Of a stretch of 64,000 bases of DNA, positions 51,387-64,000 are shown piece by piece; position 1 is the first letter of the stretch; each line of letters begins with the position of its first letter. A program made the position numbers and the translations under genes. The notes beneath the pieces were generated by a model that was not told the origin of the DNA, did not search any database, and was given only the letters and a program-made list of their open reading frames with translations. Source of the stretch: Hamiltosporidium tvaerminnensis FI-OER-3-3 (Eukaryota > Fungi > Microsporidia); contig CM061250.1 of assembly GCA_022605425.2 (NCBI GenBank), positions 496,001 through 560,000 of the forward strand. The letters are read 5' to 3'.

Positions 51387-53750
51387 ATGAATGGTAGCGC
51401 CTTTTTTAGTAAAAATATATCATTAAGATTTTTAAAATCTAATAATTGGTGTCTGATGCTGTATATGTTTATATTTTATCACATCGTACTTACGCATAGA
51501 TTCATATATTTGTTGAAAAAAGAAGGTGATTCTAATCTGTATTTCTATTACAAAATACCAAAAGAAAAGTTAGTATTTGAGAAAAACGAGAACCATTTGT
51601 ATCTAAGGATATTAAATGACCAAAATACAAGATCAATAAATAATGGAAAACAAGTTTTAACGTATAAAAAAAATAATTTTATTTGATTCGATATTTTAGA
51701 TGATATTCTACATCAAAATATATCTGATAATATAATCTGGAAAATTGAGTGTAATTTTGATTTTTTATATATTTTAAAACTCACCAATGACGTTTCGGAA
51801 CTGTCTGATGAAATAACGGATGTTAAATTTAAATGGCTGCTATTTAGTTTTCAATATTTAAAAGTTATTGAAAATAAAAATCTTTCGAAATTTATAAGAG
51901 CTTTATATTTCAATATTCTACTAAATCAAAACATCAATAATTTAAATAACGAAAACCAAAACTTGAAAGTGGTTTTTAGTTTATATCACTCATTAGAAAT
52001 CTACTATGTTTTTAAAAGAAAGTTGATTATAGAATTTTTAAACGCCTTAATGATTAGACATGTTTTCTATGATGAAAATTTGATACTTTGTAGAAATATA
52101 AAGGATACATTTGATCCTTCTCTTTTAAATGAACATATTCCATATAAAAGTCTGCTTATAAATGATTTTAAAGTGTTTTCGATCTTAGAAAAAATCATTA
52201 CTAATCGTCATATTCTTAATAATTTCATGTTTTTATTAGAGCAAATAAATATAAAGGCATTTATATTAAATTATTATCAAGTATCGCTAACAAAAAGTCA
52301 AAGTTTCGATTTTTTTTCGAATTGTAAGCATCTGTTTAAAGCAATAACGATTTCTAACCTTACAATTGCGACTCAGTATATTTTTAGTCAATTAAATGAA
52401 TCGATCGATGGTAATTTGGAAATTTTTACTCTCAGAAATTCAATAGTTGATGGGCGTTACGTTGATACCTTTATAAAAAACCATAATCTTAAAGGATTGA
52501 AACTCGATAATGTAAATATGAGTACAGGTGTTTCTTTTTTAGATGCCTACAAGGATTCAAATCAATCTTTGGAATATATTGATTTGCGAAAAGTTACGTT
52601 TAATTTTTCATGGTTGGTAACCTTAACACGTTCATCAAATATTCAAAAATGTATACTATTCTTTGATCTATCTTTTTCGGAGCAATATTTTATTCGAGAA
52701 TGTGCTAAATATAAAGATTTACACATAGATGTTCTTGTATATTTGCAAATAAGATTCTATGCCTATAAAATATCAGAAGAATTTTGTATTTTTTTAAAAA
52801 ATATTAAATCATTACAGACTTTAATACTTTTGAATTATAGATCGGATAAGAACACAGATCTATTGCTACTAAATGCGATTGGAACCTTGAAATTTTTGTA
52901 AAATCTAACTGTTGGAAATAATTTCTTTAGCACCAAATTTTACAGATATTTGTTTCAAATACCAAGAATAGAAACTCTAATTATCAATAACTTTTTTCTA
53001 CACAAAAAGACTTTGTAACTTAAACCGTTTAGCGATTACAAATATTTGACTCATCTAAATTTAAATAGTATTAAGATAAGCGGATTAAGTTTAATCGAAA
53101 TATTTAAATGTGAAAACCTGAAGGTGTTGTCTCTAGAGTTTTGCGAATTAAAATCTATCAGAAATATAAAATTGCTTGATTTTAGGTCTTTGAGCATCAA
53201 ATCGTTATGTTTGAGCGGTTCTAATCTAAAGGCATTTAAAAATTTAGATATTTTAGCCAGTCTTGAATATCTTGAAACTCTTTTTGTTTCAGGATGTAAA
53301 TCTTATTTGTGTAATCCTACTAAATTAAGTATTGGTTGTAATTTAAGATTAAAAAAACTTACTTATAAATGGGGTAATATATCATATAATGATCTAAACA
53401 GAATAAAATATCTAGAGGTTCTAGAAAAATTAGATCTTACAGAATGTAAATTCACCGAGGGTATGAAATTATATAAATTAGGTAACGATTGTAGATTTCT
53501 ACATTCTCTTAAACACTTAAATCTTTGGGGTGTGAGAATCGATTTCAATGATTATCAATATATAAAGCATTTCAAGAATTTAAAGACTTTAACCGTATCG
53601 ATTTGCGGTGTTGTTTTATTTCAATTAAGATTTTTTATAATTCCTTTACATAAAAGTTATTTGTTTTCAAACAAAATCAGTTTTCAATTAAACAATCCGA
53701 AGTTACGATATTATCTCTACGAAGAAAGCATTGAAAAAAATTTCCTATGA
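51387..53750 (+). pseudogene. LRR-family gene in one continuous frame broken by three stops (TGA 51684, TAA 52899, TAA 53016)
   Basis: The three ORF pieces share one frame and the intervening codons are open. LRR motifs LEYIDLR, LKVLSLEFC, LEKLDLTEC and LKHLNLW. Confidence 0.85.
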
Positions 53751-56480
53751 TATCAAAAGGAATATATTTTATACTTGATAATCACTACATACAATTTAAC
53801 TACAGGTAAATATCGTAATTAAATTAAATATTCAATGTTTGCTCAAATTCCGTTAAATATTTTGCTTGAATGGTGATTCTTCGGGTTTTTTGAACGTGGT
53901 TAACATAATTACATCTGGATTGAAATAATGACTGTTTTTATTTTCTTATATATTTTGTGTTACGTTTTATATGAAAAATATATTCTGATATCTCTCAGTT
54001 TAAAATGAGTAAAAATCATTTTTATGAATATTTTTCGTTTTAGCCTTTATTTTAAAATATTTTAATATGTAGTTTGTCTGTTTATTCATTGTTTGAAAAA
54101 ATACATTTTGATGTGCAAACATAACTGCCACATCTCATTTTGAGAGTGAATAAGCAAGAATTTCTTGAACGTAAAGTTTACGTCTTCGATACTAAAATAG
54201 GCTTATATATAATTTTTGCTTTAGTTCACAATTGCAGAAATATAAAGCCGAATAAAAAATATCCAACTTGATTATATTCAAAGTTGAAAAACAGATAAGA
54301 AGATTTAAAGAATGAAAAAAACGTGTTTTAACATTGAATTATAAAAATATTTATCTAAAAAAATGTCCTACTATTTCACTTTTCCAATTTATGAAATATT
54401 ACGAAGTTTGATCTTTAGAGATGAACGCCTCTGTTACTTCCTCGGTATTAACTAATCGCTTAAGCCTGAAATTTCTTATCGATAAAAATTTGGATTTTTT
54501 ATATCTTTTTTAATCAACTTATGTCTCGCTGCTATTCAATATATATCTGAATTTATATAGGCTAATGAATATACTTTGAATATGAACTTCACGTGTGCGT
54601 CATTAAGCATTAACAAATAGGTTTCCGTGTAGTCTATAGATTTACCATTAATGATATATAATGACCTTCTTTTAACACACAACAGTACTTACAATAAAAA
54701 GAAATAGCAAATTGCTGGTTTTTAATTTTTCATCATAGGAAATCTATGAATTACGTAAAAAATTCTCATATTGTTTTTTTCCTTTCGTAGAAATGCTCGC
54801 AGAAGCATATTAATCGGTTTAGACATTTTTTTTGTTTAATTTATTTTCTTCTGGTCAAATTTGAGCGAAATAAATACAATTAAAGCTCTACACAAAATTA
54901 AACAAAAAAATTAGAATTTGTAAAAAAAAGCAATCAAATGCAAACCTACGTGAAAACATAAGACAAAATTAAAATCAAACAAAAAATCTAAAAAGGTTAA
55001 ATTTTGTAATTTTTGCAAAAAAGTTTTCTTTAGAGAACTTTAAATTGTAAAAAAATGACTGAACGTAACTTTTTTACTTGCAAAATGAATTTAAATATGC
55101 TAGATTTTTTCCAAAAGGCTAATATATAAATGATATTTTAACATTCATTTTCATGTCTAAATCCAGCGTAATACTAACAATGATCATGGCTTTTCTTATA
55201 ATAAGTGGAATTGAGGAAATTTTCACCAAATTTTTGGTTATTATATTTTTAAATTCAACAGTAAAGAATTGATAAACAATATTTTAAAAGATTTTATTTT
55301 TTGGTGTCGTTTTTAGTTTCTAGTGATTACCTTGAGCCCTTATTGATGTCTGGCTATTCAAAGATTTGCGTTGGTAATTCTAACTTATTCATAATTTCAT
55401 TAAATGAATGAATCTCACTGGTTTTACTTTAGAAGAATTTTAAACCCGTTTTTGTAGAAATCAGCTACAATTGTTTTTTTTGCTACAATTATATTATTGT
55501 GAATGCATTTATGTTTATTATATGATTATTAATGTAAATAAGGAATCTTATTGTTATTATTAAGCGGTCTTGATTGGTTTTGTAGTGAAAAGTTATATAG
55601 AAACAGAGAGCGAAATGGTTCTTTTTATGATTAGATATATTTTCGATCGTAAATAATCGTAAATTTCTTGAAATTTTAACTTTGAAGCCGTATATTATAT
55701 ATATCTTTCGCCTATAATTCAATAGATGATTTAGAATATTTAAGTATTTTTTTTCAGTTCAATCCTGATTATTTTTATTCATTTGAAGATTTCTAATTAT
55801 GCTATTAACAATGAAATGCATTTAAAATTTGTCAAACGCACGAATAATAAAAACGATGCGGCTAGGAACTAAACACATGTCTTTAGTTAAAATTTTTAGA
55901 AAGATACGAAGCCATTTCAGGAGGGTTGGTCCTGTAATCATAAATTAGAGCATTGTTTCGTTCGATTATAATCAATAAGATCTGGGATTATTTCGGATGA
56001 TATTATTCATTATATTATAAAAATGCCAATTTCTTGGTTTTTTAATGTCATATGGTCAATTTTTATCAATCTGTTAAAACAATGCCTCTTATTTAGCTGG
56101 GTTTTAACTAATTTAATTATTTATATAGTGTTTTTTTAAACATTCTGATATATGGTTATCAATTGAGTTATAAACCATTTGACTTTACATTATAGCTCTT
56201 CTTGTAGTTATTGCTTTTTAAGTTTAGATATCATTGTTTCTCCTGAGTAGTTTGGTTCAACTAAAAATTTAAAGGTTTTATAACCAATTATCTTCACTGT
56301 TTAAAAATAGAATTATTTCACTGTTTTTTTGATAAAGAATATTACATTTTTTATAATCCGTATTTTAAGAAATTCAAATATATCTATGATTAGAATAGAA
56401 AATATTGATATAATTGTGATTAATTTAGAAGTATTTAAAGCCAAGTTGAAATAAATCGATTATTTTGGGTTTATTTGAAC

Positions 56481-57240
56481 CAAGGGTATCTAAACTTTTT
56501 TGTTCGGGGACCACATTGACATCTAAAGAAAATCCCGCGGGCCATGAAATCATTGCTTTTTATGCCACCATACTCCAAAATGTTTCTGCAATTTTAATTA
56601 TTAATATTTTAAATCAAATTTTTAGAGTTCATATAGATGTTCATAAAATCAAACATATCTATGAACAATATTTTTATAAAAAATGAATAGATTAGTTATT
56701 GAAATTTTATAAGAGTCTTCCATTCACGCAATCCATTTACGTTCATACATTTTCTCAGTGTTTTATTTCCGCTTTCGGCTCTACGTAGTTGTGCGAAGGA
56801 ACATTCTCTAAAATGAAATTTTAAAAAATCATTTATAGATCACAATTAACAGATAAGTAATGGAATACGTTTCTAGTAAATTCAAACGGTTAATATAACC
56901 TAATATTTTTAAGAATTATCACCTAAAAATCACAACTATATCAATCTCATTAATAATTAATTGTGCCATATATTTTTTTGTTATTTACTTTTAATTTTTT
57001 GGTAAAAAATAATTGCTAGTTTGAAAAAATACTGAAAACTCTAGGAATCTTCTTTGTATTACAAGTCCAGGCCTAAATTATCTACAATTGCAATTCTTTT
57101 TGTGTTCTTTAACTTTATTTTTTTTCTTTTATTACCTTATTTGAAAAAAATAGCTTAATGAAAAAAATCGTGGCAGCCCAGAAAAATGTGGCCGCAAGCC
57201 GAACAAAAAGTATCCGCGGGCCGTAGTTTGAAGACCCCTG
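56481..57240. mobile_element. Non-autonomous hAT (Charlie/Buster-like) element, 760 bp
   Basis: Ends CAAGGGTATCTAAACT and (reverse complement) CAGGGGTCTTCAAACTACGGCCCGCGG, with subterminal CCGCGGGCC motifs. Degenerate 8-bp flanks ATTTGAAC / ATCCAAAC. Confidence 0.78.
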
Positions 57241-60200
57241 ATCCAAACAAATGATTGAATATTGTGAAGTAAACCTATATTTCTTAAGTTTGTTGAGCAT
57301 CGATGCAAATCTAACAATTTTTGGTATGGATTATAGCTGCATTATACGGAACTTTGATTATTCTTAAATCAATTTTTATATTTATCTTCGTAGATATTTC
57401 ATAAGCTATTATAAAAATATATTGAAGATATTGAAACTCAAATCGTTTGGTTCTTTTGTAATTATTGTTTTTTTGGCACATATAGCTTTCAAAGTTTACT
57501 GGCGTAAGTACTCTATCTAAATAATTATTCAAATTGCTTAGTTTAAAGAGTTTTACCAATTTATTATATATCTTACTTTTTCCTTATTTTATACCCGTAT
57601 CTTCTAATTTATAAAATTTTAACAGAAATTTTAAATATTAATTATTTTAAATATACATACGATTTGGCAAGTTTTAATGTTTAAGATTTGTTCCATATGA
57701 AATTTCCTTGCGTTTTTATTGATTTATTTTATTTGTATGTTTAATTTTTATCAGCTATTCTTTATAAATTAAAAAAATATTTTTATAATTTTGGTTTCTT
57801 AGATAAAGCTTTGCATCTTATCTTAACTTGTTTCTTTTTCAATAAACCAATAGAGTAGAATATTCAACGAGACATACATATGAAAATCATCATCTTAAAT
57901 TATCTATGTGTTCTTTTGGATCTTTAAATACATTCTATTTTACCCCGATCTGAGCTTATTTTGTGTTTTGAACGAACAAAAATCACTAATAGATTAAGAA
58001 ATTGAAGAAAGGTAGAGTTTTTTTTATTTTCTCATGATAGTAATTATCTTTTTTCAATAAGAAAATCTTTATTTTTAAAATCTATGTAGGTTTCTTATCG
58101 ATAAAATTCTTCGGATGAAAAAAAGCACAACCGAAGTTTTATTTACATTCATCGTTTCTTATAATGACTTCTGCAGAGTTTATATCCTTACCATATATTA
58201 TATGATTAAAATTCGTTTTTAAACATATAAAATTTATGATTATATTTCTGGCTTCTAGATTTTTTGTTCTAAAATTTAATTTTCCTATAAATTAAGACAT
58301 TTTTTTATATCATGAAATATTTATTTATTTTGAATGTTTGTATCTTTGATCATCTACCAACTCAGTATTTTATTAATATTTTAAGAATTATTTTTCTGCT
58401 CTGACTTGAAAGATAAATTTCCTTTTTCAAATAGTATCGACATTTAATTCCTTTAATAGAAATTCAATAGAATATATATTGTCTATATTATGTAAATACT
58501 TTAATAATTCGATTTATAATAGCGAATCCAATTATTTGTATGTAAATTTATAAATTTCAGTAAATATCAATAGAACAAACCTGTTTTTAGTTTAAAAGCG
58601 CCAATATTATTATTGCGTTAAATTATAAATACACAAATTCAATACTATTACACATAAATTCAATATTCTTTAAACTTATATTTTAAATAAGTTCTATTTC
58701 AAAGTAAATAATTTGTGAATACGAAAAGCTTCTTTTTTACACACATTATATTTCTAAAGATTATAGCAGTAAAATTCTAAAGTTATTTTGAGAATTAATC
58801 TTTTAGATAGTAAAGAAGGTGTGATAGTTTATAATAAAGTAATTTTTGTAATTTATTTTTGAATGAGTACTATAATTCCTTACATCGGATTTGTAATATT
58901 CAGATGCTCGATATTAAAATAAAAATAAATTTTTTCGCATTTATAATTTAAATTTTACATAAAATATTCATATTTGATTGTTTAATATCTTCATAAAATA
59001 TATTTTACATAATTGTCTTCTCTATTCAAGAGCCTGATAAATTTAAAATTGTCTTGGCTGGGATTCTGGTTTTTATATGTCTAATTGTTTCCCAGGGCCT
59101 GTGTGGCGTTTTTAGGTTCCTACATACGAAAAATTTACATACAATGAAGATATGAAGGCTGTAATTAACCTATGAAGTTACTTAAGGTTCGATAATGTTT
59201 GTTGTATAAAGTGTAATCACGGTAGGAAAAACATTTTAACCCATCGTGCGACCTTGATATTACATTTACTCATCTATTTTCGAACCCCAATAGACATTCT
59301 GAAAGGTTATTTCTTGCTGAATTTTATGTAACTTAACTAGACTTTTGAGTATCATACCAACCAGTATTACCTCCTACAAAGCAATAATCACTGTTTAAAA
59401 AGTATTTTATTTTTATCTTAAATATATTAGTCTTCATTTTTAAGTGGAAAAGTTTATGTTTCCAGGATTTCGCACAACATTTATCACCAATTTTATTACT
59501 ATTATTGAAATGTGTTTCATAAAGAACCATTGCCTGGATTTATAAAAAAATATATTATTTTTTAGATTTTTTTCTTCTTTTTAAAAGTTCATATTAAAAA
59601 AAAAATATAGTGTGTATTCCTGTCAAAAAAATAGAAACACGGTTTTTAACATCAATTTTATACACATATTTCCAAGATGAAGTTGTTAATGAGATTATTC
59701 TTCCTTCATCAGTTTTTATTGCATATTATATACAAGTTTCAATTGTGTAGATTAAAATTCATTAATTAATTAATTAATTAAATAAATAAATATAAAATCG
59801 TTACCTTTCAAAAAACTTTTGGTTCTACTGAATAGTTAAATATTATATTGATAAGTCTATGAAGAAAATATATAAAACTATGATATTTCTTAAAGATTTT
59901 GGGTTTTTCTACTTTTTTTGCTTACTCTAATTCCTATTTTATAATCAACCTCATATTCCATCAACCAGCTAATTATTATTACGAATAATTTTATTTTAAA
60001 GTTACAAAATCTTGTGAAAAACTAAAATATTTTGAAGCTTATTATTATTACTAAAGTGATATAAAATAAAATTTTGAAACATATGTATCTATAAATGATT
60101 TAAACTTAATTATTTAAATTTAAAATATAATTTACTGCTTTTGTAGATAATGTAGTGCTTTTAATAAAATTTTCTTATTTCTTAGAATCTTTGATATATG

Positions 60201-60278
60201 ACCAACATAGTTAATCTATTTACTTATTTATTCTATTCATTCCCTATACCTCGATTTTAAGATAATTTGATTAAAAAC

Positions 60279-61458
60279 TTATAGTATGAAATATGAGAAA
60301 ATAATCATATTAAATGTACTTTGTGTTCTTTCAAGACATAATGAGGTATTATTTCTTGGTAAAAAGTATAAAAAATCATTATCAATAGGAATATTGTAAC
60401 TGATATCTCCTTTATTGTTTACTATTGAAAGATTATCTTTTATTGTTTCACAATTATAAAAATAAATGAAATAAAATATATTTTTAGGATTGTTTAAGGT
60501 GTCATTTATCAGAATATAATCCCCTTTTTGTATCTTAAAAGAATATTTTTCACATTTAAGATTTTTAGCTTTTAAGTGTAAGATTTTTTTGTCAAAAATA
60601 ATTGCAAAAAGATCTAAAAATTCCATTTCTATAAGCTTTCTGTTATAAAGTATAGGTTTAATATCCTTTTCTTTAAAGTTTGGAACATTAAGGTGTGTTT
60701 TGGTCGTATAAAATATATCCTGATTTTTTTTCAAGGTAAAATTTTTTAAGTGCTCATCTTTATACTTCACTTGAATCTCTAAACATTTTAGGCCGAAAAC
60801 ACTTGAATCTAAGTAGTTTATACCTTTTAAAACGTTTATATTAGATTGATTATCTGATTTGTAATCTGATGATTGTATTTCGTGAAACCAACCAGTAAAT
60901 GCTTTCCTTCCATCTTTCACACTATAATACCTCATGAAAGGATATTTTAGATACTTTAAAAACTACCAATAAATTCTTGGTCACTTTTATTCTTTTACAT
61001 TCGGTAGTGGCTGTATTATCATATAATGCAAGTTCACCTGTTTTATAATCTTCTAAATAATATAAAAATGCATATTTTCTATTTTCTAAACAATCATCAT
61101 GACACAATAAGTAATTATCCGCACGATAAAATGATCCAAAAATATCCAAATTGTTTCTTATCATTTCTAATCCATTTATTTTCAAATTTACTGCCATTAT
61201 ATCTTCCGATTCGTCTAAAGTATGAATATTCTCGTGGTTCTCCATTTCTTTGCAGATTTTTAAAACCTTTTTTTTAAAAAATAAAATATTTTTGTTTTCA
61301 GTTAGTTCATCAGTTTGGTAGAATTTATATAGATCTGTATGTTTTAAAGAGAAGTTTAGTTCGTTGTAAAAATCACTGATTTTTTTATATTCTACTGGAT
61401 TTAGAAAGTTTTCAATACTATAATGGATAAATGGAAGTTTGTAACGGAAAGAATTCAT
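60279..61458 (-). CDS. TPA1: Prolyl 3,4-dihydroxylase Tpa1/OGFOD1 (2OG-Fe(II) oxygenase), split by one frameshift at ~60925
   Basis: HTDLYKFYQT, YLLCHDD, FLYYL, GELALYD and SFHEV, then GRKAFTGWFH in the next frame. Confidence 0.88.
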
Positions 61459-61672
61459 TCTGATTGATGTTATAATTAGTTTCTACTTTTGTAAATGTAT
61501 TTATAAATAAAATATATATTATGAAAAATCAATCTATATTTTTCAAATATGTGGAATTTAAAATGAAATATTAGTGTTTAGAAATAGTAATGAACATTAT
61601 TATAATCTCTCAAAATTATTTTAATTTTTGTCTAATATCTTATAAATTTAAGTCTTAAATATATAAATAATA

Positions 61673-63244
61673 TTTATGTAATAAAATTCTGGGTTAAAAT
61701 ATTTTTACCATTTTTATATGTTTTCTTCTACCTCTTTAACCACTTTTGTCTCTTCTTCCAAATCCAACTCTTTATTTATGTAATTGGTCGGTTCCTCTAA
61801 AGTGGTTCCTCCTTTGAAAATAAAGAGTGCTTTATTTTTTGGTTTAAAATTTTTTTGCACCATCCGCTCCCTCTTAGCTTCATTTAAAGGAGGTGTTGGG
61901 TCCTCATGCATCTCTGCTCTCTTAATAACACACATTGACGCTCTCTCCCAGCTCTCTTCGGCATTTTGTCCAGACTCAAGTACTCTTCGTCGATCAAAGG
62001 AAATTGTTTCGACTGTTTTCTTAAGTACTATAGACTGAATGTATGCCTCTACATTCATGGGTATTTCTAGTCTTTTAAGATGCTACTTATGGTATTTTGT
62101 CACAATACCGTCCCAGTTCATCACATAAAGGGATTATCTCAACACTACACTTGTAAATAAGATGCAGCTCATTGGCTAACAGGTCATACTTCCTAAGTTT
62201 TTCAGTTTCAACTATTTGAAGTGAATCTTGGGAATGAATTCCTACTTCAATGAGTGTTATCTTATTATTCTTCTTATCTAAAATAAATATGTCGGGTCTA
62301 TTATTCCGAATTTTAACATCAGTTTTTATTCTGGTGTCCACTCTTATCTCTGCATATTCTTTATCAAGAATTTCTTGAACTGAGTGGCTTCTAATTCGTT
62401 TCGAAAACTTAAACTTATATTTATTCAGCAAGAGTAAATGTATACATCGTACCACTTAATTCTGCCGGCTGGTTTAGTCATGGCCTAGTATTTTTTCACA
62501 TCGAGTTGCTAGATGATCTACAGTCTTACCTGATTTATTGCAGTGTTGGTACATACAATCTGCACTCCGGAATACATTTCTATCCTGGATATAACAAAAC
62601 ACTGCTTCATCACGTGATCTTATACTTCCTTTCTTTAACCATCTTGAGGAGTCATTTACACTTACCAGCTCGTTATTTCTAGCGCTATATAACTTTGAAT
62701 GTAGTTTTCGGTTTTAGATTTCGTTATATACGTTAGATAGTTGAGCTTCTTCCAATTTCTTTTTTGTGAATTTCTCTTCCAACCTGTATTTTATTTTTAA
62801 AAAGTTTTTAATTAGTGAAAGGTGGGTTTTATTATTATTCTCCACTTTTGAGATGACTGCTCGTCTAGTTGATATTTCTTTACCTTTTTCAAGACAATCC
62901 AAGAGTTGCGGAAGCATATGTTCGCTTCGCAACTCAACACTATGTAGGCCTCTTCCAAGTTCTGTCCTAGGAAGATACAAACGCTTTTTACATCCTGGGC
63001 GAAGATGTATCTTTTTCTTCACCAACACCACACGCACTGCATCATATAACTTAGAGAAGTCAGCCGATTCAAGTCGAAGTACTCCTATCTGATAGTTGAT
63101 TAACGATATCGCATGTTGATTGATTGCAGAAAATAATTTTTTTGCATTTAATCTAGTGTGACAAGGTTTTTCAACTCTTGATATAAGTTAGCTTTGTACT
63201 TCTTCTAATGAGCTACGTGTTGGAATTCCTCTGCATCTTCTATT
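61673..63244 (-). mobile_element. 5'-truncated (1.6 kb) decayed copy of the R4-like non-LTR element
   Basis: Aligns with 46406-47980 and retains RLYLPRTELGRGL, RPDIFILD and the same 3' end. Confidence 0.93.
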
Positions 63245-63320
63245 TTAAATAATTCTAAAAATATATTCAAATATATTTAAAAAATAAAATGAAAACATTA
63301 AAAGTGGAAAATTAAAGGAT

Positions 63321-64000
63321 TTATTGATTTTTAACTACCGAAAGTGCTTCTTCATACAAAAAACAAGGGATTTCTGTTAAATTTGACTCAAAAATTCTTT
63401 TTACAATCTCAATTTGCAAATTTATGGATTGCAAATCATAACATTCAATATTTGGAAAAATAGTGGGAGTAAAAATTTTATATAGATTATCTGACCCCAT
63501 TTTATTATCTTTTGAATACTGATCAACTTTTCGAAAGATTTTCTGTAAATAGATAAGCATCTTTCTATTTTCATTTGTAATCGAAAATATTATTAAAGGC
63601 ACAATATATTCTATTATTGTAGGATCCGTCTGGTTTTTTATTATTTTCATCACCCTTTCTGCAATCTGAACTGAAATTATCCCATTCATTATCTCCCGAA
63701 TATATGCTTTGAAAATTGAAGCGTTGTCATGAACAGATAACTCAGTATAATCATATCTCTTTCCTGCAGCTAAAACACCCGGCATAAATTTATAATAGGT
63801 ATATTTACCAGAAATTCTAAACAATCCCTCTTTTTTGATCCCTTCATCCATAATATGGTCACCAACGGTATAAACAAATGTATTTGCTTTTTTCATATGA
63901 TAAGAATCTTTCTTAAACGAAGATCTGAATATATCAGAAATTTTTTCATAAATATTATCTTTAAAGCTGGATCTATATTTACGAAGCTTCTTAAAGCAAA
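63321..64000 (-). CDS. RhoGAP-domain protein, 5' end beyond the window
   Basis: EGLFRISG (arginine finger), VHDNASIFKAYIRE and NKMGSDNLYKIFTPTIF. The frame stays open from 63896 to the window edge. Confidence 0.9.
   Translation of the reverse strand, partial: CFKKLRKYRSSFKDNIYEKISDIFRSSFKKDSYHMKKANTFVYTVGDHIMDEGIKKEGLFRISGKYTYYKFMPGVLAAGKRYDYTELSVHDNASIFKAYIREIMNGIISVQIAERVMKIIKNQTDPTIIEYIVPLIIFSITNENRKMLIYLQKIFRKVDQYSKDNKMGSDNLYKIFTPTIFPNIECYDLQSINLQIEIVKRIFESNLTEIPCFLYEEALSVVKNQ

Noticed and set aside
59020-59530. Possible Gypsy RNase H relic; similar vague relics at 2300-2860, 5280-6050, 9350-10130 and 54300-58700
   Set aside because: Only weak motif resemblance in stop-riddled frames; cannot be supported without a translated search.

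Overview
Very AT-rich, gene-sparse eukaryotic DNA. It is most consistent with a large-genome microsporidian: genes are short and divergent with no evident introns, CCC motifs sit just before start codons, and LRR and secreted families are present. A Hamiltosporidium-like identity is an inference. Recognisable host genes are Rab GGTase alpha, Erb1/BOP1, GPI ethanolamine-phosphate transferase (two frameshifts), SmD1, Tpa1/OGFOD1 (one frameshift), a RhoGAP cut by the window edge, two LRR genes (one with three in-frame stops) and two orphan, probably secreted proteins. Much of the rest is mobile DNA: six copies or relics of one R4-like RLE non-LTR retrotransposon, an IS630/Tc1-like transposon, a Ginger-like integrase transposon with TIRs and a non-autonomous hAT element. 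Most notable: (i) a tRNA-headed, highly structured SINE-like element and a ~730-bp structured dispersed repeat that share the LINE's TTAAATAAA 3' end, a candidate LINE plus non-autonomous RNA system; (ii) a ~2.4-kb domain where the DNA motif GGGTGTTA/TAACACCC occurs in alternating orientations within a conserved gene and continues as a palindromic 71-bp satellite; (iii) LINE 3' ends lying 120-215 bp upstream of co-oriented host genes.
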